Positions 40,641-51,452 are shown, counted from the stretch's first letter. The stretch is 64,000 bases of DNA from an uncultured bacterium (GCA_963827235.1 CAWHAE010000012.1:672001-736000), one strand, 5' to 3'. The notes: generated by a model from the sequence alone, not told the origin. Made by a program: numbers and translations.

Positions 40641-41240
40641 GTGGCCGGCATTAGGGAGCGACTAGATGCCGCGGTGCTGCTCGATGCCTACGCGAACGGC
40701 ATCTTTCCCATGGCGGATATCTGGGGGCACGTCGACTGGTACACTGCCGATCCACGCGGCATCCTCGAGCACGAAAACCTCCAGGTGAGCCGTTCGCTGC
40801 GTGCCCTCGTGCGCAGCAACGTCTTCGACGTCCGCTTCGACACCGCGTTCGAAGACGTCATGCGTGCCTGCGCGGCGCCCAGGCCGGGTTCCGACGGCAC
40901 GTGGATCAGCGAGGAGCTGGTAACGGTCTACACGGCCCTGCACAGGCAGGGCTACGCCCATAGCGTCGAGGCGTGGCAGGGCGACCGGCTGGCGGGTGGG
41001 CTCTATGGCGTCGCCATCGGCGGCGCGTTCATGGGCGAGAGCATGTTCACGCGCGTGTCCAATGCCTCGAAAGTGTGCCTGGTGGCCCTGGTAGCGCGCC
41101 TGAAGGCCCGTGGTTACGTCCTGCACGATACACAGATGGTCACTCCTCACATGATGCGTCTCGGCGCTACACTCATCCCGGGAGCGGTGTACCTCGGGCG
41201 GTTGCGAGGGGCGCTGGCCCTTCGCTGCACGTTCGACTGA
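40641..41240 (+). CDS. aat: Leucyl/phenylalanyl-tRNA--protein transferase
   Basis: AYANGIFPM, TWIS, AHSVEAW, GGLYGV, GESMF and ASKV motifs. Confidence 0.95.
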   Translation: MAGIRERLDAAVLLDAYANGIFPMADIWGHVDWYTADPRGILEHENLQVSRSLRALVRSNVFDVRFDTAFEDVMRACAAPRPGSDGTWISEELVTVYTALHRQGYAHSVEAWQGDRLAGGLYGVAIGGAFMGESMFTRVSNASKVCLVALVARLKARGYVLHDTQMVTPHMMRLGATLIPGAVYLGRLRGALALRCTFD

Positions 41241-41381
41241 ACGGCCGGCGTTCTCGGGCCCACAGGAAGCGCTGCCGTCGCGTGAGTCAACATATACAGT
41301 ATGATCAGAACTCGGCCGGCACCGGCCGTGGCCTGCGGCCATAGTTCTTTAGGGCCAGGTTCTGGCCGGCCCGGGCGCGAA

Positions 41382-42005
41382 GTGCCGCGCAGATTAGTGG
41401 CGGTGGCGGAACTGGAACGATACCGGACCGTGGGCATGGACGAAGTGGGTCGCGGAGCGCTCGCCGGTCCTCTGGTGGCGGCTGCCGTGGCATGGCCGGA
41501 CGATCTCGAGCCGCCGGCCGGGATCCACCTGGCGGATTCGAAGAGCCTCGCGCGTGAGCAGCGGCAGACTGCGGCTGCCTGGATTCGCGAGCAGTCCATC
41601 TGCTTGGCTATCGAATCGGTCGGCGTGCCGGCCATCAACACGCTCGGCATGGGCTGGGCGAATCGAGCTATTTTCGGCAGGCTGATGTCGCGCATGCGGG
41701 CTCAGCGCTACCTGGTCGACGGCAACCTCCACCTGCACGGCCTCGCTCCCGAGGGCAGCGTGGTGATCTGCATCTGCGACGGAGACGTCCATGAGCCGGC
41801 TGTCGCCGCGGCTTCAATCGTTGCCAAGGTCTATCGGGACAGCTTGATGGAATCGCTCCACGACGACTACCCTTGCTATGGATGGAGCCACAACGCCGGG
41901 TACGCCACCGCGGAGCATCGCGGCGCACTCCTCTCGGCCGGAGCCTGCCCGCACCATAGAACGCTTTTCTTGCGACACCTTATCGACGAGGGGATCGGCC
42001 GGTGA
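41382..42005 (+). CDS. rnhB: Ribonuclease HII
   Basis: GMDEVGRGALAGP, DSK, VDG, AAASIVAKV and HHRTLF motifs. Start uncertain. Confidence 0.92.
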   Translation: MPRRLVAVAELERYRTVGMDEVGRGALAGPLVAAAVAWPDDLEPPAGIHLADSKSLAREQRQTAAAWIREQSICLAIESVGVPAINTLGMGWANRAIFGRLMSRMRAQRYLVDGNLHLHGLAPEGSVVICICDGDVHEPAVAAASIVAKVYRDSLMESLHDDYPCYGWSHNAGYATAEHRGALLSAGACPHHRTLFLRHLIDEGIGR

Positions 42006-42946
42006 CTGAGTTGCCGTCGGGGCCACGGGTGACGAACGATAGCCGCCGACCGGGGCGCTGGAAGGTTGAATACAGCCGGCGTCTGGGTGACAACGTGATA
42101 GGAGACTGGCAGGAGGCGTACCGCACCCGTCTGGCGATCGAGCGCAGCCCGGAGGCGTTGCACCGGCTCGGCATACTGGGAACCTGGCCGGTGGTGCTGG
42201 TGGATCTCATCCTGTTGCTCGTCGTCGAGTTCATGGCTTCCTTCGCGCTCCTGGCGGCCAGCGTGGCAGTAATCGGCTCCCACGATCGCGATTTCTCCCG
42301 TGGCCTATCCGCGAACGACGCCATGACGACCGTGCTCAACTCCGCGAAGGACTGGGCGCTCTCGCCCACCGGGCTGGCAATCGGCGAGCTCGTCACGGCA
42401 GCCGGTATCCTTCTGGTGTTGTTCCTGCGTGTCGTGCGGCCGCGCGCAATGACGTGGGCAGATCTGGGCATCGGACCGGCACTGCGCGACCGCCCGCTTC
42501 GCGCGCTGATCGCCGGCCTCGGCCTCGGTGTCGTGGCGCTGCTGGTGGGCGACCTGGTCGTCCTGATCGTGCACGGTATCGGTCTGAACACCAACGGTCA
42601 GGAGGATACGCTCAAGTCGGTGCGGCACTCGGCAATGGCGTCCTTCATACCATTTGCTCTGGCAGCCGCGGTGACCGCTCCGATCGTGGAGGAAACCTTC
42701 TTTCGCGGCTACGTGTTTCGTGCCATGACGGTGCGATATGGGTTGCCTGCTGGGATCATCTGCTCCTCGGTGACGTTTGCCGCGCTCCACCTCCTGGGTG
42801 GTGTCACGTGGGAGGCAACCGGACTGGTTGTCATCGGCGCTATTCTTGCCTACGGCTATTCCCGGACCGGCAACCCGCTGACGAATATGTCGGCGCATAT
42901 GCTGAACAATGTGATTAGCCTAATCCTCCTGTATTACTCTAGCTAG
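42002..42946 (+). CDS. CPBP (CAAX/Abi) family intramembrane glutamic protease
   Basis: APIVEETFFRG, FAALH and AHMLNN motifs. Confidence 0.92.
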   Translation: MTELPSGPRVTNDSRRPGRWKVEYSRRLGDNVIGDWQEAYRTRLAIERSPEALHRLGILGTWPVVLVDLILLLVVEFMASFALLAASVAVIGSHDRDFSRGLSANDAMTTVLNSAKDWALSPTGLAIGELVTAAGILLVLFLRVVRPRAMTWADLGIGPALRDRPLRALIAGLGLGVVALLVGDLVVLIVHGIGLNTNGQEDTLKSVRHSAMASFIPFALAAAVTAPIVEETFFRGYVFRAMTVRYGLPAGIICSSVTFAALHLLGGVTWEATGLVVIGAILAYGYSRTGNPLTNMSAHMLNNVISLILLYYSS

Positions 42947-42980
42947 CCGCGTGCGGCATGCACGCCGATGGAGGGACTCG

Positions 42981-44377
42981 ATGAATTCCAACCCGCAGAT
43001 CGGGCGCGGCTGGCCGGTATTCAGCGCCGATCGCAAGCGCGTTGGGGACGTCACCGAAGTGCATGGGCACTACATTCTGGTGAGCCGCGGCGTCTTCTTC
43101 GTGAAGGACATGTACCTGCCTCTCGGCACCGTCGATAAGGTAGACAATGCCACGGTAGTGCTCACGGTCACCTACGACGTCCTGCGCAAGATGAACCTGT
43201 CGCATGAGCCCCCGGTACCGGCTGAGCCAGCGGAGCCCCAGACCGACTACGGCAACTCCTCGCCCCGCTCGATGGCCCAGGAGAGCCTGTCCGATTACCC
43301 ATCTGAGGCCACGTCTAGGCTCCGAGCCTCTGGCCTTTCCCGGCGCCTGGAGCGGGGAGGACCGATGAGTACGAGGAGACGCCGACGTACAACCGGCCGC
43401 TGCCCAACGGACTGGTGGAGGTCGAGCACGCGCTGAACGTCGCCTACTCCGACCTCGGCTATGGCCTGCCTGCCGTGCTCATGCAGGGATGGCCCTTCGA
43501 CAGCACGATCTGGGAGCCCATGCCCTATGAGCTGGCAATCTTCAACCGCGTGGTCACATACGACATGCGGGGCACCGGAGAGTCCGACAAGCCCTGGGAC
43601 TTCTACTCCGTACAGACGATGAGCCAGGATCTGCACCGGCTGATCGTGGAACAGAGCCTGCACAACGTTACCCTGGTCGCCTGGTCCACGGCCGCGCAAG
43701 TAGCGCTCACCTACGCCCAGGATCACCCGAAGCGCGTGGAGCGCCTCGTGTTGATCTCGCCGCTCATTCCCGCATGGCTGACCGCCGAGGATACGCAGGA
43801 CTGGCTCGGAGACCGCGCGGCCCTCGATATCCCGGACTTCACGCAGTGGCAGGAGGGTCTGCTTCGCAACCGGCCCGCGGTCTTCGCGCAGATCCTGGAT
43901 CGCCTTGCGGCAGAGCCTCTGGAGAAGAACAGGCGCGGCTGGATGCTGTCGCGCATGATGCACGGGGCCCATCACGCTCAGGTGAAAATGCTCGACATGT
44001 TTCTGATTGAAGATCCTTCCTCCGCACTTGAGTACGTGAAGGCGCCGGTGACTATTCTGCAGGGTTTGCGGGACCGGATTACTCCTATGGCCGCCGCCGA
44101 ACGGCTGGCAAGTCTCCTGCCGGCGGCAACCGTCAAGTCCCTGGAGCACTGCGGCCACGCGCCGTTTCTCGACCGGCCGGAGCAGCTGGCCAAGATGCTG
44201 GGCGACCTGATCAGTCCATACACGGAACCCGCTTACGAGGACGCAGGTACCATTGAAAGTGATGATACGAACGAGCAGTTCGTGGTCGAGGATCAGGACT
44301 TGGTTGGCTTGGTTTCAGGCGACGCGCCGGAGCCCGGAGAACCGGTAGAGGCGCTGCCGGCTGCGGAGGGTGAGTGA
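42981..44377 (+). CDS. PRC-barrel/DUF2171-like domain + alpha/beta hydrolase, probably one protein interrupted by indels at ~43315-43362
   Basis: N-terminal GWPVFSADRKRVGDV..RGVFFVKDMYLP domain. Hydrolase with DMRGTGES, AWSTAA, QGLRD and GHAP. The hydrolase frame extends upstream of 43415 without its own RBS. Confidence 0.7.
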
Positions 44378-45387
44378 GCGGCGTTCGTCCGATCCATGTG
44401 ACTGGTGGCGACGCGACGGCAGAGCGTATCCGCCAGGCGGGCATACCCGGCCCGATAATCGTCTGGCGTGACGTGCTGCATACCGGTCCCGTGCCTGGTG
44501 ACGCCGCCCCCGAGGAGCTGCGGCGGCTTCGCGCCGAGCACATGTCCTCGATCGGGCTGGGGGACCGGGATGAGATCCTGGCACAGCTCGAGGCACGCGA
44601 CGCTTTGCTGTCGCAGGCGCCGTCCTACGGTCAGATCATCCTGTGGTTCGAGCACGATCTGTACGACCAGCTTCAGCTCATCCAGGTGCTGGGCTGGCTT
44701 GCCGCTCATGGTGGCGCCGACTTGCCCGCCTATCTCATCTGCATCGGCGCCTATCCGGGGATCGCCCGTTTCACCGGGTTGGCGCAGCTGACTGCCGCGC
44801 AGCTTCGCCCACTGCTCGATCGACGCCGTAAGGTGAAGTCGGAGGAGTTTCTGGCTGCTCGGGAGGCCTGGTCGGCGTTCACGTCGCCCGATCCCAAGCA
44901 GCTCGAGGCCTACGTACACAACGATAGCGGCGCGCTGCCCTTTCTGCGACCGGCCTTGGTTCGCCACTTGGAAGACTTTCCTCTGCTGCACAGCGGTCTA
45001 TCCCGTACCGAGAAGCAGCTCATCGAGGTCGTTCGCGACGGCATGCACACGCCGTTCGAGGTGTTCATAGCCTCCCAGGAACGCGAGATCGTGCCCTTTC
45101 ACAGCGATGCCATCGTCTGGACTGTCCTGGCGTATCTCTCCAGTGGACAGGCGCCGCTGCTGACCTGCAACGGCGAGGCCTTCGCGTTACCCGCCCGTGG
45201 CAAGCCTAACGACGCCTTCCTCAGGCAGTCGATCTCCCTCACCGACCTGGGCAAGCAGGTGGCAGTCGCTCGAGCCGACTGGATCGCCTACCGGGGCATA
45301 GACCGCTGGCTGGGCGGTGTCCATCTGGTGGGAGAAACGACGCCGTGGCGCTGGGATGAGCGCCGCGGGAGGCTCGTAGCCGGTTGA
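44374..45387 (+). CDS. DUF1835-family protein
   Basis: IHVTGGD, WRDVLHTGP, LWFEHDLYDQLQL, GLSRTE and DRWLGGV motifs. Confidence 0.8.
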   Translation: MSGVRPIHVTGGDATAERIRQAGIPGPIIVWRDVLHTGPVPGDAAPEELRRLRAEHMSSIGLGDRDEILAQLEARDALLSQAPSYGQIILWFEHDLYDQLQLIQVLGWLAAHGGADLPAYLICIGAYPGIARFTGLAQLTAAQLRPLLDRRRKVKSEEFLAAREAWSAFTSPDPKQLEAYVHNDSGALPFLRPALVRHLEDFPLLHSGLSRTEKQLIEVVRDGMHTPFEVFIASQEREIVPFHSDAIVWTVLAYLSSGQAPLLTCNGEAFALPARGKPNDAFLRQSISLTDLGKQVAVARADWIAYRGIDRWLGGVHLVGETTPWRWDERRGRLVAG

Positions 45388-45969
45388 GGCCGGCAGTCCG
45401 CCGGGCCGGGCGCGCGGCAGCGGCGTCCGGCGGTGCATCGCGACCTGTGCAGGCGGAAGCGCGGTCACCACGGCTCGCGCAGTGCCGCCGGCCTGCGCCC
45501 GGCGGCAAGTCGGCTCCTGATCGACTGTGCGGTGCGGCTGCATCGACCTGAGTGTATCCGCTCGGCCGACCACAGATGAATGCGGAATGCGCATATCGGC
45601 GAACGGATCTGGAGTGCTCCAGGCGCCGAGGGGCGATGCCCGCAGTGCGGTGCCTTATGCGTGCTGCCGAGGTACGTGCTCGGTCTCTTCTCGCCGCCGC
45701 TGGTGGTTTTGGGCGGGACGGAAGATCGGCGGCGACCGGTTCCTGCAGAGTGCCAGTGCTGTACCCTGCACAACGGCCACCAGCAGGCTGCTCCAGCGAT
45801 GTGCGCCGGTGTTTGGCCGGGACGAAGACCGCCGGCCGAACAGCCCGCACGCGCTAGGCGACTGCGTGGTATCATCCGCTAGCAATATCGCCATAAACAT
45901 GTCCATAGTCTGTTAATGCAGATCGTGGTAGGGTGAAACCAGGTAGGGCCGTTGGAGGAGTGGCACAGC

Positions 45970-46260
45970 GTGAAACATCTGATCGAGCAGCCTGTAAGGG
46001 TTCGGACGACCGTCGACCTGCCGCGGGAACTCCTTGATCGCTCCCGCGAGGTCGTTGATAGGGGTTTAGCGAAGAATCAGAACACGCTGTTTACCGCAGC
46101 GTTGGCAGACTACCTGGACCAGCTCGACAGGGAGCTGATTGACCGGCAGTTTGCTGCCATGGAGGCTGATGCAAGCTACAACGAGCTGAATAGGCAGGTC
46201 CTGCAGGAGTTTGCCGGATATGACAATCAGGTAGCGGAAGCAAGGGACCAATCGCCGTGA
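45970..46260 (+). CDS. Type II antitoxin (ribbon-helix-helix-like)
   Basis: VRTTVDLPRELL RHH-like start and acidic C-terminus. Overlaps the toxin start (GTGA). Confidence 0.75.
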   Translation: MKHLIEQPVRVRTTVDLPRELLDRSREVVDRGLAKNQNTLFTAALADYLDQLDRELIDRQFAAMEADASYNELNRQVLQEFAGYDNQVAEARDQSP

Positions 46261-46637
46261 AGCGTGGATCCGTCTATCTCGTGTCGCAAGGGCCAGCACA
46301 GCGCCGCGAGTGTGTGGGGAGGGAGGAACAGGAACGAGGGGAAGCCGCGTTCAGCACCCTTCGACCGGTCGTACTCGTCAGCCGTGAGGCAATCAACCGC
46401 CACAGTGCCGTGGTCATCGTCTGTCCACTCGTGGAGGTTGCGTCCGTGGGCCAGACGTATCCGAGCGACGTTCGCGTGACGGCGCCGGAGGGCGGCTTGA
46501 CTTCAGACGGTGTGGTCTTGACCGGCCAGCTTCGCGCCATCGCGCGCGAGCAATTGGTGCATCGCCTTGGGGAATTGAGTGAGTCGGCGATGCGCCAGGT
46601 CGATTTAGCGCTCCGCATCACGCTTGATCTGGAGTGA
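46257..46637 (+). CDS. PemK/MazF family endoribonuclease toxin
   Basis: KRGSVYLV..RPVVLVS..N..VIVCP..GL..D..V...Q.RAI..L..RLG.L....M..VD.AL...L pattern. Confidence 0.88.
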   Translation: MKRGSVYLVSQGPAQRRECVGREEQERGEAAFSTLRPVVLVSREAINRHSAVVIVCPLVEVASVGQTYPSDVRVTAPEGGLTSDGVVLTGQLRAIAREQLVHRLGELSESAMRQVDLALRITLDLE

Positions 46638-46653
46638 GGAAAGGGTTACGAGT

Positions 46654-48558
46654 TTGGACACTAGTGAAGTTAGAGCCCGCCTCGAAGCCTTCCGGCAGCA
46701 ACAGAAGGAACTGTCCTGGACCGGGACCTTCGAAGAGTATCTCGATATCGCGGTCAAGAACCCGCACGTGGCGCAGCTGGCACACGCTCGCGTACACGAC
46801 ATGGTCATGGAGGACGGCGTCGAGGAGGGGCCGCATGGCCAGCCCCGCTACAAGTTCTTCGGCAGACAGCTCTTTGGGCTCGAGAAGTCGATTGCCCAGG
46901 TGGTGGAGTACTTTAGCGCTGCCGCGGCACGGCTCGAGCCGCGAAAGCGCATCCTGCTTCTCATGGGACCGGTCGGCGGCGGCAAGTCCACGATCGCGAT
47001 CATGCTTCGGGAAGGTCTGGAGCGGTACACTCGCACCGCGCGCGGAGCACTCTACGGCATAAAGGGCTGCCCGATGCACGAGGAACCGCTGCACCTCATC
47101 CCGCGCGAGATGCGACCCGACCTGATGCGTGACTTCGGCCTTTACATCGAGGGATCGCTCTGCCCTGCCTGCGCGTTCAGCCTGCGCAACAAGTACGACG
47201 GCGACATTTACCAGGTCGCGGTCGAGCGAATCGTCTTCGACTCCGAGCATCGTGTCGGACTGGGCACGTTTGTGCCGAGCGATCCAAAGAGCCAGGACGT
47301 GTCCGAGCTCGTGGGCTCAATCGATCTTTCGACGATCGGCGACGTCGGCGTGGAGTCCGATCCGCGCGCTTACCGCTTCGACGGCGAGCTCAACGTGGCC
47401 AATCGAGGCATGGTCGAGCTGATCGAGGTGCTCAAGGCCGACGAGAAGCTGCTGTACGTGCTGCTGACGCTGACGCAGGAGCAGAACATCAAGACGGGGC
47501 GCTTCTCGCTGGTCTATGCCGACGAGGTCGTGCTTGGCCATACCAATGAGAACGAGTACAAGAGCTTCGTAGGCAACCCGAAGTCCGAAGCGCTGCAGGA
47601 CCGCATCATCCTGGTCCGCGTTCCCTACAATCTGCGTGTCTCCGAGGAGGAGCGGATTTACGAGAAGCTGCTCAAACAGAGCAACGTCAGCAACGTGCAC
47701 ATCGCGCCGCACACGCTGCGCGTGGCCTCCACGTTCGCCGTGCTCTCGCGCCTGGAGCCGTCTAAGAAGGCGAACATGAGCCTCGTCAAGAAGATGAAAA
47801 TCTACGACGGCGAGGAAGTGGAGGGCTGGAAGCTCAAGGACGTTCGCGAGCTGCAGGAGGAGGCGGTCCGCGAGGGCATGGAGGGCATCTCTCCGCGCTA
47901 CATTATCGACCGGTTGAGCAACGCGCTTATCAAGCAGGGAGTCACCTGCATCAACCCAATCAATGCCTTGCGCGCTTTGCGCGATGGATTTGATCAGCAC
48001 ACCGCCTTCAGCAAGGATGAGCGCGAGAAGTACCTCAACCTGCTGGCCGACGCAAGGCGGGAATACGACGAACTGGCGAAGAAAGAGATTCAGCGCGCCT
48101 TCGTCTATGCCTTCGAGGACTCGGCCCGCACGCTGCTCAACAACTACCTCGACAACGTGGAAGCCTTCTGCAGGAAAGAGAAGCTCAAGGACCCGCTCAC
48201 GGACGAGCCCATCGACGCCGACGAGAAGCTCATGCGGTCGATCGAGGAGCAGATCGGCGTCACGGACAACGCCAAGCAGACGTTCCGCGAGAGCGTCCTC
48301 ATGTCCATGGCAAGCCTTGCGCGTCGCGGCAAGGCGTTTGAGTACACGAGCGACGAGCGCCTGAAAGAAGCGATCGAGAAGAAGCTTTTCGCCGACCTAA
48401 AGGACGTTATCAAGATCACGACCTCGACCAAGACGCCGGATGCGGAACAGCTTCGCCGGATCAACGAGGTCGTGGACCGGCTAATGGCGGATCACGCGTA
48501 CTGCGCGGTTTGCGCGCGCGACCTGCTTGGCTACGTTGGCGCGCTGCTGAATCGCTAG
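46654..48558 (+). CDS. prkA: PrkA/YeaG family AAA+ serine kinase
   Basis: LLLMGPVGGGKS, CPMHEEPL, SDPRAYRFDGELNVANRG and GISPRY motifs. TTG start after GAGGAAAGGG. Confidence 0.96.
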   Translation: MDTSEVRARLEAFRQQQKELSWTGTFEEYLDIAVKNPHVAQLAHARVHDMVMEDGVEEGPHGQPRYKFFGRQLFGLEKSIAQVVEYFSAAAARLEPRKRILLLMGPVGGGKSTIAIMLREGLERYTRTARGALYGIKGCPMHEEPLHLIPREMRPDLMRDFGLYIEGSLCPACAFSLRNKYDGDIYQVAVERIVFDSEHRVGLGTFVPSDPKSQDVSELVGSIDLSTIGDVGVESDPRAYRFDGELNVANRGMVELIEVLKADEKLLYVLLTLTQEQNIKTGRFSLVYADEVVLGHTNENEYKSFVGNPKSEALQDRIILVRVPYNLRVSEEERIYEKLLKQSNVSNVHIAPHTLRVASTFAVLSRLEPSKKANMSLVKKMKIYDGEEVEGWKLKDVRELQEEAVREGMEGISPRYIIDRLSNALIKQGVTCINPINALRALRDGFDQHTAFSKDEREKYLNLLADARREYDELAKKEIQRAFVYAFEDSARTLLNNYLDNVEAFCRKEKLKDPLTDEPIDADEKLMRSIEEQIGVTDNAKQTFRESVLMSMASLARRGKAFEYTSDERLKEAIEKKLFADLKDVIKITTSTKTPDAEQLRRINEVVDRLMADHAYCAVCARDLLGYVGALLNR

Positions 48559-48745
48559 CGACTCGATCGGATTCGATCAGGGACGGGTCTCCGCCGGAGC
48601 GGTACCCCTGGCGGAGACCGCCCCGACGGCGGCTAAACCGAGTGCTGCCCTGGCGAGTGATCGTTGACAGGTGGAAGAGTTCAAGGCGAGGCGAAGGCGC
48701 AAAGCCGTCGCCGGGCCAGGGGACGATGGGGGCGAGGTCCGATCT

Positions 48746-49966
48746 ATGACAACGACCATGAGCATCAGCGAAAGCGACTGGAGCCTGCATCGGAAAGGCC
48801 CCAAGGATCAGGCCCGCCATCAGCAGAAGGTTCGGGAGGCAATCAAGGACCATCTGGGCGAGATCATCTCCAACGAATCGATCATAACCAGCGACGGCAC
48901 CAAGATTGTCAAGGTACCGGTGCGCTCCCTCGAGGAGTACAACTTTCGCTTCGATCCCTTCAAGAAGGGCGGCGTCGGCCAGGGCCAGGGCGACAGCAAA
49001 CCCGGCGACGTGATCGGACAGGTACCGCGACAGCAGCCCGGGCGCGGTAGGACGGCCGGTGACCAGCCGGGCATCGACTACTACGAAACCGAGTTTACGA
49101 TCGACGAGCTGGCGGAGATGATCTTTGCCGACCTCGGTCTGCCGAACCTCAAGGAGAAAGGCCAGCAAGAGGTCCTCTCCGACCGTCTCCGTTTCGACGA
49201 CGTGCGAAAAGTGGGCATCCTTCCCAATCTCGACAAGAAGCGATCCGTTCTGCAGGCGATGAAGCGCCAGGCGATGGGGAAGTCGTGGCAACCGTCGCTC
49301 AGAGATCAGGCAGAAGAAATAGGGGAGATTCGCTCCGACGAGAAGCAGGGGAGCAACCTCCGGATCACCAAGGACGATCTGCGGTACCGCACGTGGGACG
49401 TGACCCAGGAGTTGCAGCACAACGCCGTTGTGATCGCCATGCGCGATGTGTCCGGCAGCATGGGCGAATTCGAGAAGTACATCACTCGTGCCTTCTATTT
49501 CTGGATGGTGCGCTTCCTGCGCACGAAGTACTCCAGCGTGCAGATCGTCTTCATCACCCACCATACGGAGGCGAAGGAGGTGGACGAGCAGTCGTTCTTC
49601 AGCCTGGGCGAGGGCGGCGGCACGCGCGTCTCCTCCGCGTACAAGCTGTGTGACGAGATCATCCAGCAGCGGTACCCGGTCGAGCGATGGAACATCTATC
49701 CCTTCCATTTCAGCGACGGCGACAACTGGAGCGACGAGGATAACGCCGTATGCGTCAAGCTCGTCAAGTCCCTGATCGAGCGCTGCAACCTTTTCGGTTA
49801 CGGCGAGATCAAGGAGCAGTCGTACGGCCGGTGGTCGACCAGCACGCTGATGAGTGCGCTCTCGGAGGTCAAGGCGCCCGAGTTCGTGGCGGTGACTATC
49901 AAGGGCAAGGAAGACGTCTACTCTGCGCTGAAGAAGTTCTTCGCCAAGCCCGCGGGCACGGTCTGA
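48746..49966 (+). CDS. yeaH: YeaH/YhbH (DUF444) vWA-domain protein
   Basis: WSLHRKG..DQARH, DVSGSMG, GGTRVSSAY and HFSDGDNW motifs. Confidence 0.94.
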   Translation: MTTTMSISESDWSLHRKGPKDQARHQQKVREAIKDHLGEIISNESIITSDGTKIVKVPVRSLEEYNFRFDPFKKGGVGQGQGDSKPGDVIGQVPRQQPGRGRTAGDQPGIDYYETEFTIDELAEMIFADLGLPNLKEKGQQEVLSDRLRFDDVRKVGILPNLDKKRSVLQAMKRQAMGKSWQPSLRDQAEEIGEIRSDEKQGSNLRITKDDLRYRTWDVTQELQHNAVVIAMRDVSGSMGEFEKYITRAFYFWMVRFLRTKYSSVQIVFITHHTEAKEVDEQSFFSLGEGGGTRVSSAYKLCDEIIQQRYPVERWNIYPFHFSDGDNWSDEDNAVCVKLVKSLIERCNLFGYGEIKEQSYGRWSTSTLMSALSEVKAPEFVAVTIKGKEDVYSALKKFFAKPAGTV

Positions 49967-51375
49967 TGGCTAAACACGTCGACAGCCGGCCCGAAGCGAC
50001 CATGCAAGAGGTGTGGGACGTAGCCCGGTCGTTTGGGCTCGATCCGTTCCCCACGCACTTCGAAGTCGTGCCGGCATCCATGATGTACGAGTTCGGTGCC
50101 TACGGCATTCCCGGGCGCTTCAGCCACTGGTCCCATGGCAAGGCCTTCTACAACATGAAGACCATGTACGACTACGGTCTGTCCAAGATCTACGAGCTCG
50201 TGATCAATGCCGACCCCTCGCAGGCATTCCTGCTGGATACGAACGACGCGTTGGAGAATAAGATGGTCATGGCTCATGTACTGGGCCATACCGACTTCTT
50301 CAAGAACAACCTCCTCTTTGGCGGCACGAATCGGAAGATGCCGGAAACGGTGAGCGTGCACGCGGACCGTGTAGCGCGCTATGAGTTCGAGCACGGCTTG
50401 ATCGCCGTCGAGCAGTTCCTCGACGCGGCTCTGTCCCTCAAGGAGCACATCTCGCAACATCCCGACTCGCAGCCCCGGAGGCAAGAGCAGCCGGAGCGGG
50501 CGCCGGATACCGGTTCGGGATCGCCCTATCAGGACATCTTCTCCCTGGGCGAGCCACCAGTGGAGCCGGCAAAGACCGAGCGTGTGAGGAAGATTCCCGA
50601 ACAGCCTGAGCACGATCTGCTCTATTTCCTCGCCGCGCACGCTCAGGACCTGGAGGATTGGCAGCGCGACGTGCTGACTATCGTGCGCGAGGAGATGCTC
50701 TACTTCCTACCTCAAATGCAGACCAAGATCATCAACGAAGGTTGGGCCAGCTACTGGCACTACCACATCATGGAGGCGCTCGACCTTCCTCCGGCAGAAC
50801 ATGCCGCGTTCGCCCGCATGCACGCGGGCGTCGTCTCGCCCAGCGGACGGATGCGCGTGAATCCCTACTATCTCGGGTTCAAGGTCTTGGCGGACATCGA
50901 ACGTCGCTGGGACAGCCCCACCGCTGAGGAACGGGACCGGCTCGGCAGGTTGCCCGGCCAGGGACGAGCGAAGCTGTTTGAAGTGCGCGAGATGGAGAGC
51001 GACCAGACGCTACTGCGAAAGTATCTCACCGAAGACCTGGTGCGGGATCTCGATCTCTACACCTACAAGCTGGTGGACGACGAGTGGCAGGTGGCGGACA
51101 CCAACTGGCGCAACGTTCGCGACGCACTGGTGGCAGGGCTCGATAACTTCGGCCTTCCCGTGATCGTGGTCGTCGACGGCGACTATCACGGCAACCGGGA
51201 GCTGTATCTCGAACACCGCTACGAGGGCGTCGAGCTGGATATCCGCTACGCGGAAAAGACGCTTCAGCACAGCTTCGCGATTTGGAATCGCACGGTCCAC
51301 CTCGAAACTGTAATCGACGGCAAGAAGGTGCGCCTGTCGTTTGACGGGAAGCGCAATAGCAAGACGATAGCTTGA
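49966..51375 (+). CDS. spoVR: SpoVR/YcgB family protein
   Basis: RFSHWSHGK, KIYELVIN, AHVLGHTDFFKNN and TKIINEGWASYWH motifs. TGATG coupling with yeaH. Confidence 0.95.
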   Translation: MAKHVDSRPEATMQEVWDVARSFGLDPFPTHFEVVPASMMYEFGAYGIPGRFSHWSHGKAFYNMKTMYDYGLSKIYELVINADPSQAFLLDTNDALENKMVMAHVLGHTDFFKNNLLFGGTNRKMPETVSVHADRVARYEFEHGLIAVEQFLDAALSLKEHISQHPDSQPRRQEQPERAPDTGSGSPYQDIFSLGEPPVEPAKTERVRKIPEQPEHDLLYFLAAHAQDLEDWQRDVLTIVREEMLYFLPQMQTKIINEGWASYWHYHIMEALDLPPAEHAAFARMHAGVVSPSGRMRVNPYYLGFKVLADIERRWDSPTAEERDRLGRLPGQGRAKLFEVREMESDQTLLRKYLTEDLVRDLDLYTYKLVDDEWQVADTNWRNVRDALVAGLDNFGLPVIVVVDGDYHGNRELYLEHRYEGVELDIRYAEKTLQHSFAIWNRTVHLETVIDGKKVRLSFDGKRNSKTIA

Positions 51376-51422
51376 GCCGCCCCCAAGTCGCCAACAGATC
51401 TGCCTGCTTCCAATAATTGGCA

Positions 51423-51452
51423 TTGACGTCATTGCAGTTTAGTCGTAAACTG
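51423..51452 (+). promoter_or_regulatory. Sigma70 promoter of marR-yceI with overlapping palindromic operator
   Basis: TTGACG-17 nt-TAAACT. The perfect inverted repeat CAGTTTA-GTCG-TAAACTG (51435-52) covers the -10 element. Confidence 0.7.

Noticed and set aside
45400-45950. Cys-containing ORFs (e.g. CPQC in 45580-45882) upstream of the TA pair
   Set aside because: No RBS, no coherent domain and atypical composition; more likely intergenic or promoter sequence.
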